Assembly: GCA_013265495.1 (NCBI GenBank)
Contig: MU058658.1
Span: 495,059-559,058, forward strand
Reading direction: 5' to 3'
DNA length: 64,000 nt
From: Vicugna vicugna
Taxonomy: Eukaryota
In this document: positions 39,266-52,322 of the stretch, one piece after another
Layout of the letters: each line of letters opens with the position of its first letter
How positions within the stretch are numbered: position 1 is the stretch's first letter
Translations under genes and position numbers: made by a program
The notes under the pieces: model-generated
The model's database searches: none
Told to the model about the DNA's origin: nothing
The model's input: only the letters and a program-made list of their open reading frames with translations

Positions 39266-39548
39266 TTATAATTAATTAATTAATTAATTTGTGGGGGGAG
39301 GTAATTAGGTTATTTATTTGTTTTTTTTTAAAGGAGGTACTGGGGATTGAACCCAGGACCCAATGCATGCTAAGAATTCAGCCTACCACTGAGCTATACC
39401 CTCCCCTCAAAGGGAGATTTTGTTGTTGTTTTGGGGGGAGGTAATTGGGTTTATTTACTTATTTATTTTAGTAGAAGTACTGGGGATTGAACCCAGGATC
39501 TTGTAAATGCTAAGCGCACACTCTACCACTGAGCTATACCCTCCCCAC
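39266..39548 (-). mobile_element. Two tandem Vic-1-type SINEs
   Basis: Two bodies (~39270-39408 and ~39420-39548) inside an outer TSD AAAGAATGAGG. Confidence 0.9.
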
Positions 39549-40440
39549 TAAAAGAATGAGGCTTTATAATGCGGTCTGATATTTTTGTTCATTTAATATA
39601 TTAACATATCTGTGCAGAGGGCCTCAGCTACTGGCCCCCAGATCAAAGAGGACTCCGAGGGTCACTCCACCTGTCCCTTCACTGCTATCAAGGCGGTTTG
39701 CTATTCTGACATTCAAAATTCCAGACGTCCCTGTTTTCCTGAGCGCAGGATGATCTCAACAAAGTTATCTGCAAAATACCCGTGAAAAGACAAGGGCTGA
39801 ACTCTACCCTGCGTGGGTAACTGCAGCCCTTAGTAGACAGAGGACGTCGGTAACCACAGTAATTTTAGGATTCTCAGGCTCAGTGAAAGTCTGGGCAATG
39901 CAAACCTTGTGCATTTTTCACACCAAGTTGGTTGAACAATCTGCTCATGATCTGCATGTATCTCAGTTTATACTGTGATGTGACTCTGTCTCTTCTCCCT
40001 TCATTTCGTTTGCTCCACTGATCTAATTCTGTTTGTCTTTTTCATGCTGAATGTGATTCCCTATCTTTTTCTTCTCATTTAAAGTGCAGCTGCATGAATT
40101 AGAACACTTGCCGTGAGAGCTCTGAACCAGCCGTGTGTGTATAAATGAGAGCAGAGGACCCTCTGTGGCTCCACCAGGGCCTCCTCTGTATCCAGACACG
40201 GGTAAATCCACGCTCTCAGCACCAGAGTGGGTTCCTGCAGAGACACTGAGTGATTTAGAAAAAGAGTGCTTTCACTCTCACTTGCCCTTCTGGTTTAGTG
40301 GGTCATTCTCTTCAATCCGTCTGTAAAATACACTCACTGAAATCCTCAGAGTGTAAATCATAATTGCTTGGAGGATGTGTTCTGTTCCCACCTAGAAAAT
40401 CTTATGTTTATTAAGAGTCAGTTGATTTCTTCCCCAAATT

Positions 40441-40700
40441 ATTTTTTTAAAAAACAAATTTATTGTGTTATAATTTCTGTGCAGTAAACTACACATATTT
40501 CAGGTATACAATTTGAAGGATGTTGATAGATGTATAAACCTATAAAACCACCACCACAGTCAAGGTACTCAACATTTCTATCGATAGTGGAATCTGAAAA
40601 CAAGACACAAATGAACTTATTTACAAAATAGAAACAGACTCACAGTTACCAGGAGGTAAAGGAAATGGGAAGGGATAAATTGGGAGTTTGAAATTTGTAC
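40441..40700 (-). mobile_element. Short L1 insertion with an inverted 5' part
   Basis: 14-bp TSD TTCTTCCCCAAATT (40427-40440 and 40701-40714); minus-strand 3' end at 40441-40582, plus-strand L1 3'UTR piece at 40587-40700. Confidence 0.85.
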
Positions 40701-41842
40701 TTCTTCCCCAAATTCTTAATTCTAGTTTCCCTTTTTAAAAATCACATTATTGACTTAACACAAGATATACCACTAAAATATGACTGCAGATAAAACCTTT
40801 TATTTAAAGGATTCCCCATTTCAAAGCTCTGGAAAACACCAGAACTTTAGATCCTTTCAATACAATTCCATAAGAGTTAAAAGTGGGTGTTAAAATCATA
40901 AATGATTAGAATATAATATGTATCTATAACATTCTGTATTCAGAAGATTTCTGAAACATGTTGAAATCTTAAGTGGCTTAAAGAACTCCAAAATATTAAT
41001 TGTATTTAATTCATCATTATTTTTCATAGACACGAAGAATGATACAAATATTTATCGGGGGGGTCCACAATAAAAAATTTTAAATATAAGAAATTATGGA
41101 AAATTATGTACCTTAATGGTGAAAAATCAAATCGCATTTAATATTAAATTCGTATCTTCACAATCACATGTGAAGTGACCATTTAATATATGTTTATGAT
41201 TTTTTCCTCCTAGAATAATTATTTATAAGATTAGCTAGAATTTTTGTCTTTTATCAAACTGGTTAATATGGGTACTGAAAATAGGACAGCTTCTGAGTTA
41301 ATATAATTTATCTATTAAATATTTTCACATCAAAGTATTTCTTTTGGTATTCTTCTTTTTAATATATATATGTAATGAATTCAGCTCTGTCAAAATAACT
41401 TTAGGGGAAAACTGGGCTCTGAAACCCATCAGATAGAATCTTCTAGGAAGAAAGACATTGACTCAGCTATTCCTTGGTTGCCCAGAAAGGATATCTGCGC
41501 AGAAAAGGCAAAATAAATGCTTGATACTATCTCCCTTATTTATGAGTCTTCAGAATTTTTTTCCCTGAACCACTCCAAGGTTATCTAATGCTGGATTATT
41601 CTTTTTATAATATCATTAGGAATATATAGATTTTTAACTTGCTGTGTTTCAGTTCATTCATAACATACTTAACTTGCCTCATCCGTGTCGGGGAGAATCT
41701 CTTTAAACACGACCACCTATTTCATTATCTTTCTTATCTTTCCCGCTGTTTTAATACTGTGTCAAACAGTATTTCAGCCTCATCTTGTAAAGTTTCTGTC
41801 CCAGATTTCTGATCAGTCTTCTTTTCTGAAAAGCTCTAGTTC

Positions 41843-42428
41843 TATTACTGAAAGATCGGCCCCCATCCCTGATGAGACAAATAACCCAGAGACAAGGTCT
41901 TGGAGCTTAGAAGGAAAGACGTGATTTTATTGCTTTGCTGGGCAAAGGGGACTCACAGCAGGCTAGCGCCTTCAAAACTGTGAGCCCCCCCTTTGGGATG
42001 GGGTGGGGTGGTTACACAGCCAGAGCTCAAACAATAAAGCATCGATAACAATCAACAGAACCATTTTCTCGTCAGAAGACAGAATGGCGTCATGATGCCT
42101 CCAGGTGACCAGTTCTCTAGAGGCCAGTGGTTAGATCTCTTTATCTTGTAAGCACTCACAGTGTGGTCTTCTTGGTAATTCAGGCTATTTTGTAAGTTTA
42201 TAGTCCTGTAATCTTCCCCCTGGAGATGGACTCAGAGACCAAGCATGATTATAGCTTTTGATGACTGGAAAAAAGTAGAAACAGTAAGATCAATAGCTTT
42301 AGTTTTAACTATGGGCCTGGAACTGTGAGTAGCGACCGGTCAATCAGGTCCGTTGACTGTTTTAAGGGCGAGCATAAGAATAAGCAGTCTGTTAGCCTAA
42401 GTGCAGCCATTTTATTAATCCTCCTTCA
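41843..42428 (-). mobile_element. Solo LTR (ERV1-like)
   Basis: 4-bp TSD GTTC; minus-strand AATAAA; homologous to 47228-47808. Confidence 0.9.
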
Positions 42429-42785
42429 GTTCCTTTTATGGGGAAATTGAATTTAGCATTGACAGTCTGGGTGCCAGGCATGCTGTTACGACTACCTACT
42501 GATTCTTCAAAACAAACTTAGTGATGTGGAGGTTTTACATTAGTTCACGGTTTTATATTTATATTTCTTGTTTCTGAAAAGCTTTTTCCCCCGTGATGCA
42601 ATTATTATTTATTTGTATCTGTTTTAAAACAATAGCAATTTTTTTTTACTAACTACATGATTAAAGACAACATTTTAAGCATTTTTTGGTCAGGATGTTG
42701 TCTTTAACCCATATCCCTCTTTGAAGATTTGGTTAAAACTCATTTTTTAAAGTAACTTAAAAAACAATTTCTCTCTGCATGGTTA

Positions 42786-43298
42786 TGTGAAGGAAAAGCC
42801 CAGCTGGGCTAACAAGCTAAGTCACAAATCTAAGTGCAACAAGTGTCGGATTACTGATCTGAGTTCTGCTGGGCTAACTCATAAATCTGAAGTTTAGTGT
42901 CAGTCTATTGGGCTAACGAGCTCAGTCACAAATCTAAGTGTGATAAGTGTCGGTTTACTGATATAAGTTCTGCCGGGCTAACTTGTAAATCTAAAGTTTA
43001 GTGTCAGTTTACTGGGCTAACAAGCTAACTCGTAAATCCAAGCTCACGAGTGTCAGTAACGTGATCTGTTCCAAATTGATAAGCTCCAGTGTACTGATTC
43101 CTTGCTTTTTGTTGTTTGAACCTTATTGGCTAATAGCCTCATACTTGTAATTAACCCTATAAAACCTCATGTACACGTCTTGGAGGTGCTCAGAGCTTCG
43201 GAGCAGAAGCCCCTCTGAGCCCGCCAGCGTAATAAATCTGAGTACTCCAACCCTCCGAGTGGTGCTTGTTTCTTGGCTGGCCTGTCATTTCCGTAACA
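42786..43298 (+). mobile_element. Solo LTR with 104-bp tandem U3 repeats
   Basis: TG...CA; TSD GTTA; ATTGG at ~43125, TATAAAA at ~43158, AATAAA at ~43231. Confidence 0.93.
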
Positions 43299-43622
43299 GT
43301 TACACCACCGTCTACACAATCAACTTCATGTTGGTTTCATTTCCTTTTTAGATCTAAAGATTCTTTTTTCTTTTTTTCTTCTCTTAGTTCTATAGAATCT
43401 TTATTTTTTAATATAGTATAGTAGTTATTCCAACAAGTCAAGCCTTTAATGTGAGACCATTCAGAAAAACACCTTTACATACTTTCCCTTTACTCTGTTC
43501 AATTCCTTCCTCCATTGATAACCATTAGATGGTTTTGGCTCTTTAACTGTTTTCCTTTAAAATATATCCTCCCCTCCCTTTTTTTTTTTTTTTTTTTAGA
43601 ATATATAGTATATTGTACATGC

Positions 43623-44727
43623 TGTCGACTGAAATAAATGTGATGCAGGAAAACAGATGTGGGGCGTGAGAAGGGATGTGTCCCAGGTCTCGGTTGAGCC
43701 CGTTGGATGTGCCCCGCCAAGTGTGGGTCCTTGGCTTCACGCAGGAAAGAATCCAAGAGTGAGCCACAGTTGAGTGAAGGTAGATTTATTCAGAGATACA
43801 TTGAAAAGCAAGAGAAAGGCCATGAGGTGTGGGGACTGGGTGCTCAGATTAAAAGTAGGTACACATTCCATAGACATAACGTGTGCTGTCTCTGAAGAGG
43901 GAGAGGGGTGGCTGCGAGCTGGCTGCTGTGTTGCTGGTTTTTAGGGGCTTGGTGGCTTCATATGCTAATAAGTGGAAGGATCCTTCTAAGTAGCCTGGGG
44001 AAAGGCCTGGGATTCCCAGGAAGTTGGCCGTTTCCCACTCTTTGACCTTTTGTGTCTAGCCTTGGGGCTGCCATGGCACCTGTGGGCGTGTTATTCACCA
44101 TGTTAATATATTACAATGAGCATATAATGAAGCTGAAGCTCAACTAGAAGTTAAATCTCTCACATCTTGAGCCTCAAGGCCTACTGGGGGTTGAATCTTT
44201 CACCATTTTGATGTTAGTTGCTAGCATTCCTTGAATGGCTGTGCCCTGCCCTCTTCCTGTCTCAAAAGCACAGCCTGAAAGTTGAGAGTTGTTTTATTTG
44301 GCGGGAGGACTCGAGCCGGGATGACAACCTCTCAGATCACTCTGAGGGACTGCTCTGAAGAGGTAGGGGAGGGGCTAGGATATATAGGAGTTTTACAGCA
44401 AAGACCAGGTAGTTGGAACAATAGAAGATTGCTTGCTAACTAAAGAAAAACAGACATCTCAAGTTAAAGAATTTAGCACTTGTCTATGTATGGGAGGGAG
44501 CAAACTTTTGGGCTCATAGAATACATTCCTTTGACAAGCACCTAGCTACCTAGAGCCAGTATCCTGTCCTTTCTTATTCTGAGTCCCCTCAGAGGGCACC
44601 ACTGTGAGTGGCTGCAGAGGCTGGGCTGCAGGCTTGTCTTCACTGGGGGGTGGCGGCAGCCGCTAATGTCTTGATGGTTTCAGCATTCTTTGTTTACTGA
44701 TACAGTTTGCAGTATTTCTCATTCACA
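43623..44727 (-). mobile_element. Solo LTR (TSD ATGC) hosting a nested LTR
   Basis: TGTCGACTG...TCATTCACA with a perfect 4-bp TSD; interrupted at 43641-44264. Confidence 0.88.
43641..44264 (-). mobile_element. Nested solo LTR
   Basis: TG...CA; TSD AATG/AAAG; reverse complement is homologous to 46197-46704. Confidence 0.88.
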
Positions 44728-45029
44728 ATGCTATTCTGCACCCTGACTTTTGTTGCACTTAAAATACATTTTGATGGTAACTCCGCAGCAGTGTATAGAG
44801 AATTTCCACGTTCATTTGTTACAACTATGAAGTTTTACAATCTGTGTATATGGCAGAGCATACCTCTGCTGTGTATATATCTGCTTTACCCTATGTTTAC
44901 ATTGTTTTCAGGACTGTCATTTTACATAAAGTACTTCAGTAAAAAAGCCTTTGCTCTCATAAAAACATCCTCAGGGTTTTTCTTTACTTGTGGTAAAACA
45001 CATATTACATGAAATTTATGATTTTAACC

Positions 45030-46176
45030 ATTTATTTTATTTTATTTATTTTTTATTGAAGTATGGTTGATTTACAATATTGTGTTAGTTTCAGGTGTAC
45101 AACACAGAGATTCGGGGTTATTTTACAGATTATATTCCATAATAGGTTATTACAAGATATTAGGTGTAATTCCCCGTGCTATATATTAAATCTTTGTTGC
45201 TTATCTGTTTTATGTGCACAAGTGTGTATCTGTTCATCCCAGACTCCTCGCTGGTCTCCAGTACCTCTCCTCTTTGGCAGTCATGAGTTTGTTTTCTATG
45301 CCTGTGAGTCCGTTTCTGTTTCTAGATTCATTTGTAGTATTTTTTAGATTCCAGATCTAAGTGATATCATGCAGTATTTGTCTTTCTCTGTCTGACTTAT
45401 TTCACTTAGCGCAATATTTTCTAGGTTCATCCATGTTGCTGCAAATGGCAATGTTTCATTCTTTTTTATAGCTGAGTAATATTTATATACATCTCACGTG
45501 TTTTATGTCAGTTACCTGTTCATGGGCACCTGGGTTGCTTCCATGTCTTGGCTGTTGTGAAGAGTGCTGCTGTGAACACAGAGGTACATGAACCTTTTTG
45601 AATTAGTTTTCATCTTTTCTGGATACATGCCCGGGAGTGGGATTCCTGGATCATATAGTTACTCTATTTTTAGTTTTGAAAGGAATCTCCATTCTGTTCT
45701 CCAATTTGCATTCCCACCAACAGTGTAGGGGGGTTCCTTTTATTTCTTTTGCCTTGGGAGACTGATCTAAGAATGTGTTGCTATGATTTCTGTCAGAGAA
45801 CGTTTAGCCTATGTTTTCTTCTAGGAATTTTATGACGTCTTGTATTACACTTAGGTCTTTAAGTTTAGTTTTGTATACGGTGTGAGGGAGGTTCTAACTT
45901 CATTGTTTTACACGTAGCTGTCCTGCTTTCCCAACACCACTTGTTGAAGAGACTGTCTTTTCTCCACTATGTATTTTTACCTCCTTTGACACAGATTTTT
46001 TTTTAAGTTTTTTGTTTTTTGTTTTTTTTGCAGAAGGGAGGTAATTAGGTTTACTTATGTATTTGGTTTTTCAATGGAGGTACTGGGGATTGAACCCAGG
46101 CTCTTGTGCATGCTAAGCATGTGCTCTACCCCTTGAGCTGTACCCTCCCCGCCTTGACATAGATTAATTGATCATA
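45030..46176 (-). mobile_element. Older L1 3' fragment with a Vic-1-type SINE at ~45995-46152
   Basis: L1 3'UTR and ORF2-end text; SINE TSD TTGACACAGATT/TTGACATAGATT. Confidence 0.88.
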
Positions 46177-46196
46177 GATTTTAGCCATTTTAAATA

Positions 46197-46704
46197 TGAG
46201 ACAGGAGGGAAGGGTGCAGGATACAACCGCTAAAAGAATGACACAGCCATTAGCACCAAGATGGTGGAAGATTCAACTTCCAGTAGAACGTAGGCTTCAT
46301 TACACACTCATTATAATACAACAGCTGCTAGATGGCTCTCCCACAGGCGCCATGACAGTCCAAGGCTAACCATAAAAGATCAAAGAGTGGGTGATGGCCC
46401 GGTTCCTGGGAACCCCAGCCCCTTCCTCAAAGTAGTTGGAATAATCCTCCCACTTGTTAGCATATGAAGTTACCGAGCCCAGAAAAATGAACAACCCTGC
46501 ATTTCTCCTGCCTTTTGAGATGGCCTGCACTCTGTCTACAGAGTGCGCACCTCTCTGAATAAACCAACCTCACTCCACTATGGCTCGCTCTTGAATATCT
46601 TTCCTGTGCAAAGCCAAGGACCCTCAAATGGGGGTGCGTGTCCCAGGGACTCCACCGAGACCTGGGATACAGCCATCCTCTGACACCCCATTTTTCATGT
46701 ATCA
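46197..46704 (+). mobile_element. Solo LTR
   Basis: TGAGACAGG...GTATCA; AATAAA at ~46558; TSD AATA/AATG. Confidence 0.88.
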
Positions 46705-47227
46705 AATGTGCAGTTTAGTGGCATTAAGTGCATTCATATTGTTGTGCAACCATCACCAACATCCATCCATCCACAGAACTCTTTTCATCTTGCAAAACTG
46801 AAACCCTGTACCCCAAAACAACTCCCATTTCTTCGTCCCCTGGCTACCAGCATTCTACTTTGTCTCTATGAATTTGACTATCTAAATATCTCACAAAAGT
46901 AGAATGATACAGTATGTGTCTTCTTGTGATTGGCTTGTTTTACTTAGCAGAATATCCTCAAGATTCAACCATCTATAGCATATTTTAGAATTTCTTTCCT
47001 TTTTAAGACAGTAATATTCCATTCTGTGTATATACCACACTTTGTTTTATCCATTCATCTGTCAGTGAACACTTGGGTTGCTTCTACCTTTGGCCCTGGT
47101 GAATAATGCTGCTATGAACGTGGGTGTACACATATCTCTTCGAGATCCTGCTTTCCATTCATTGGGGTATGCCCAAAAGTGTAATTGCTAGATCTATGGT
47201 AATTCTATTTTTAATTTTTGAAGGAAT

Positions 47228-47808
47228 TGTTACCAAAAATTTGGCACCTGTCCCTAATGAGCCAAATAACTCAGAGGCCAGGTCTTGGAGCTTAGAAGAA
47301 AAGAGGAAGTTTTATTGCTTTGCTGGGCAAAGGGGACTCACAGCAGGCTAATGCCTTCAAAGCTGTGAACCCACCTTGGGGATGGGGTGGGGTGGTTATA
47401 CAGCCATAGCTCAAACAGTAAAGCATCAATAACAATCAGTAGAATCATTTTCTCATCAGAAGACAGAATGGCGTCATGATGCCTCCAGGGGACCAACTCT
47501 ATAGAGGCCATCAGTTAGATCTCTTCATCTCATAAGCACTCAAGTCTTGTTCTTAGTATTTAGCCTACTTCGTAAGGTTAAAGTCCTGTGACCTTCTTCT
47601 TGGAGAATGGCTCAGAGACCAAGCAGGATTATTACTTTCAATTACTGGAATAAAGTAGAAACAGTAAGATCAATAGCTTTAGTTTTAACTATGGACCTGG
47701 AACTGTGAGTAGCAACTGATCAGTCAGGTCAGTTGACCATTTTAAGGGCAAGCATAAGAATAAGAAATCTATTAGCCTAAGTGTGGCTGTTTTATTATTC
47801 CTCTTTCA
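47228..47808 (-). mobile_element. Solo LTR inserted in an old L1 (~46705-47980)
   Basis: TG...CA; TSD GAAT/GAAC; L1 text resumes on both sides. Confidence 0.9.
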
Positions 47809-48109
47809 GAACTACCAAATTGTATTCCACAGAAGCTGAACCATTTTACATTCCCACCAATGGTGCACAAGGGTTCCATTTTCCCCCACATCCTCACCAA
47901 CTCTTGTTATTTTCTATGTGTGTGTGTGTTTAAGATTTATATTATATTAGCCATCGGAATGAGTGTGAGGTGGTCTCAATGTCTCTGCTTTTAATGTGGG
48001 GAAATATGTCAGGTTAAAGATTGAACATTTCTGGAAATAAGATTTAGTATATTCTTTCTTCTCCAGATTCTTGACTCCAAGTAAACAATATCCCTTAAGT
48101 ATTGATGTG

Positions 48110-49560
48110 ATGGTTTCTACTTACCTAGACTGGGTGATTATCTTCCTCACTCAGATGAAAATGGGGATCCTGGGAAACCCCTCATATCCTTGCTTTTATA
48201 TTTTCACTTTGATCACTGGACAAAATCTCAGACCCAGAGGCCAAATCCTCAACCGGCTTGTCCTAGCCAACTGCTTAGTTCTTTTCTCGAAAAGAGAATG
48301 CCTCAGGCATGGCACCATTTGGGCTGAAATATTTCCTGAATGTCACTGGATGTAAACTTGTGTTGTACTTTCATAGAGTAGCCAGAGGCGTTTCCCTCAG
48401 CACCACCTGCCTCCTCCGTGGCTTCCAAGCCTTAAATCTTTGCTCCCATGACTCTAAATGGATGGAGCTCAAAACTAGAATCTCAAAGTACATTGGTCTC
48501 TGCTGTTCTTTTTGCTGGATCCTGAGTCTCCTACTGTCGGAGCCAGCCGACAATCGATCAGGTCCAGAAACCTGTGCTGCAGGACTGAGAAAAGGAAAGA
48601 CGTAACAAAAAGACAGCAAGACAAGAAAAGTTGGGGTTGAGAGGGCCTCACTCTAGCCCGCAAGACGCTAGGTCAAGAGTGGACGACGAGTTTATTTCTT
48701 GCAGTTAATTTATATGATTTTAACCCATTAGCTCATACATTCCTGATCCAGTACCTCTCCTCTTTGGCAGTCATGAGTTTGTTTTCTATGCCTGTGAGTC
48801 CGTTTCTGTTTCTAGATTCATTTGTAGTATTTTTTAGATTCCAGACCTAAGTGATATCATGCAGTATTTGTCTTTCTCTGTCTGACTTATTTCACTTAGC
48901 GCAATATTTTCTAGGTTCATCCATGTTGCTGCAAATGGCAATGTTTCATTCTTTTTTATAGCTGAGTAACATTTATATACATCTCACGTGTTTTATGTCA
49001 GTTACCTGTTCATGGGCACCTGGGTTGCTTCCTGGATCCTGAGTCTCCTACTAACTCTACACGTTGTTATAAAGGTGACTGGCCCAAGCAACACCACAAA
49101 TACCAGTTTGGGAAAAGGATGTAAGTACTGTTCTGGGTCCACTCTGGTCAAACTTAACAAACTCACTGACAGCAAGCATAGTGTTTTCCATTGACTGTGT
49201 GCTTCTGGGTCTCGTGGCCTGGGCGAGTGGCTCCGTGGTCCTTGTCCTGCACAGGCACAAGCAGTGAGCCCAGCATCTTCAAAGCAGCAGCCGTTCCCCC
49301 AGACCTGCCCACCAGGCCAGAGCCACCCACACCATCCTGATCCTGGTGAGCACCGTTGTTTTATTTTATTCTCTTTCCTCTGTTTTGACTTTCCGTGTGG
49401 CCCTCAGTGTGAATCCAGCCCCATGGCTAGTGAACGCCTCCCTGTTTGTGGCTTTGTGTTTCCCAACTCTCAGCCCCATTATGCTCATCACACAGGACAG
49501 GAGTGGTGCTGTGTTACGCTTAGCCTCCAGGGAAAGACAGCTTTTTCCTTCCTGTGGTGT
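48110..49560 (+). pseudogene. V1R pseudogene, full length but frameshifted and split by an insertion at 48536-49031
   Basis: Acceptor TTCTCCAG at 48066. MVSTYLDWVIIFLTQ..GILGN...LRP...LVLANCLVLFSK / FGLKYFLNVTGCKLVLYFHRVARGVSLSTTCLL...CWILSLLL, resuming after the insert to ...HKQ*...CFPTLSPIMLI. Confidence 0.93.
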
Positions 49561-49669
49561 AATCTGCTGTCCTCTGCTGGGCACTCGATTATTCATTTCC
49601 TTCTTTATTCTCATGCAAATGTCTACCAAGTGCCAGCTCTCCTAGGCAATTTTGATTAAAGCAATATAT

Positions 49670-49825
49670 TGGGGCAAGGTATAGCTCAGCGCTAGAGCAC
49701 ACACGATGTCCTGGGTTCAAACCCCAGTCCTTCCGTTAATAAATAAATAAACCTAATTATCTCCCACAACAACAAAAAAGGCCTGAAATTTTTGAAAAAT
49801 AATATTTTAAATGTTTAAAAAGGTA
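49670..49825 (+). mobile_element. Vic-1-type SINE
   Basis: GGTATAGCTCAG...GTCCTGGGTTCAAACCCCAGT...AAACCTAATTA. Confidence 0.85.
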
Positions 49826-51319
49826 GTGTATAAAAAAGCAAACAACAAAAAACCAGAACCTGCCCTCGCAATTTTCCAATTTCCCCAAAACAGGACGTCT
49901 CTGTAAATACTTGTACAGAGAAAGTGAACCTTATTTTCACCATGTCCTTTAGCTGAGGGTATTTAGAAATAGTGTAATGTAGGTAATGCCTATATTTTAA
50001 AATACAGGTAAAATATCAATGTGTGTTTGACTTTTTTTCTACACGTATACTTAACATATTTCTACACACACAAGCACACACATATATATATATTTTTTTC
50101 TAAATACATCTGTGTCAACAAACATTACTATATATAAATAGATAAACAAGAAGGACCTACCATATAGCACAGTATTCAATTTCTTATAATAACATATAAT
50201 GGAAAAGAATCTGAAAAGAAAAAAAGTGTATATATAACTGAATCACTTTACTGTCCACCTGAAACTAACATTGTAAATCAACCACACTTCAATAAATTTT
50301 TTTTAAAAAGGGCCATTCTTGTAGGTGAAAGCATCTCTGCCTATTGTAAACTATTTAGTGAATGCACAGTAAAAATAAATACACATGGTTGTATTAAGTT
50401 ATACACTTTTAATTTCCGCTTACATTAAAAGAGCAGAACATTACTTGGTCCTGAAAGAGAACTCATTTCCAATTTGTAATAACCAGTATTAACTAGTCTT
50501 TTATAAAAGCAATTTAGTAACTAGGCTTCTGTAAAAAATAATTTTTTCACATACTGCTGCATCAAAACAATAATGAGAAGACCTTAAATTCTATTTTTCT
50601 TTCTATTCTACTTTCTAAATTTTCATACCAAAAAGCCAATTATAATCCACTAGCACACCCGGCTATTCGTGTTTTCAATAAGAATCTCATTTTAAGCTTT
50701 TATTTTTCCTAAGAGACTCAGGGATTTTAGGACAATGTTTTTTGGCTTATCTACATGTCCAGTGGAATTATATTTCATTTCTTGAGAATGCAGGTGTGTG
50801 ATTTTTCCACTATAAAGCTTGCTCTCACTAATTTGGGTTTCCATTTTCCATTTTTTAAAAATAGAAATCCTCACATTCCCTGGTAGGCTTTTTTGCCTGT
50901 GAACACACAGCAGACAAGGAAGACTCCTTATTTCTGCCATCACTTCAGTTCTCACAGAGCTTACATTTGGGAAAGGGGGGAGTACTTCTCATGTCAGCCA
51001 ACCAAGTGTTTTCTAATTAGTAAACCAAGGTTGCCAGCTGGCATTTGCAGTCCGCAAACATTGGGTCCCTATGCATTCCAGTTCATAACCATAAAATGAA
51101 ATTTGTCGTAGAGAACTTGATGCTGATCTGACTAAACTCAGTTTACATGTGAACGTGACGGACCCATAGAGAAAACAATTCCCACCCTATTTTGATGGGA
51201 TCCCCTCCCAGGCAGAACCACCTCGAAATAACAGTAAATACTGAATTTGCTTAGGCCATATCTAACTCAGCCTTCTCTATGCCATGCTTCAATTTATCCT
51301 TTCCTCGCTCATTTTATTT

Positions 51320-51486
51320 AAAAAAACTTTTTTTTATTTAAAAAAATTTTTATTACTTTGTTGTTGTTGGGGGGATAATTAGATTTATTTGTTTGTTTGT
51401 TTGTTTAATGGAGGTACTGGAGGTTGAGTCCAGGACCTCCTTCTTGCTAAGCATATGCCCTACCACTGAGCTATTCCCCCCACCCC
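51320..51486 (-). mobile_element. Vic-1-type SINE
   Basis: Reverse-complement SINE body with a T-rich tail. Confidence 0.85.
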
Positions 51487-51747
51487 ATGTTTCCCCTTTT
51501 TTGGTAACACATTTTCTTACTTTAAATGGACTTTTAAGAATATGTGCTTATTGCTGCAGTGGTTATTAATTGAAGTCTTATGGTGGAATCAATCTAGATG
51601 TCCACATAAAGGCTGCTGTTTGAATAAATGATGGACCATTCACATACTATATTTCTCTACAGGCATAAAGTGAATGAAGCTCCTCTCTACCCATGTGTGA
51701 TGTTACTTTCAGGATATATTCTTAAGTGGAAAAAGGGAGGTGAGATA

Positions 51748-52322
51748 TGTTGGCAAAAATTCAATGAACTATCAAGTTAAGGGAAAAAAATGAGGGCGGG
51801 ATTTATTAAAGCCACACTGAGAATTATACCTTGGGGAGCAGATTCTCAGAAAGCTCTGAGCACTAGTTTGCCTGTTAGAAGTTGAAGGCACAGTCATATA
51901 CATTTCCAAGACAAGGATCATACATCAAAATGACATGCTGCAATTTTGCATCAAATTCACTAAGGATACATAGTGCAGGTAAGCACATACAAAGGAACAG
52001 CAAGTCACCATGATCCCCTACAGTGCTGGGAAAGAATGCTATTCCTTTAAGAAGTTACATTGCTAGCATCAGAAGAGAGGGGAAAAAACTGATCTTTGTG
52101 GTCAAACAGGCACTCCCATCTTTGAGAAGCTCTGGCTAATGTGTGATGCAGATGCACTCTGCACGTGAGGGAGGGGCCCAAACAAACACAGACAGAGAAT
52201 TCTATTTTTAATTTTTCTTGTCAAGACCTAAAATATAAATTTTATTTATTTATTTATTTACTTATTTATTTCTTTTTCTTTTTTATTTTTTTCAGACCTA
52301 AAATATAAATTTTATCTCATCA
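51748..52322 (-). mobile_element. Solo LTR (ERV1-like)
   Basis: TG...CA; TSD GATA/GGTA; TTTATT near the left end. Confidence 0.7.

Noticed and set aside
42805..43057. Regularly spaced repeats resembling a CRISPR-like array
   Set aside because: The spacers are themselves duplicated; it is a 104-bp tandem unit inside a TSD-flanked LTR in mammalian DNA.
41843..47808. Same-orientation LTR pair 5.4 kb apart as one provirus
   Set aside because: Each LTR has its own TSD and the interval contains no gag, pol or env.
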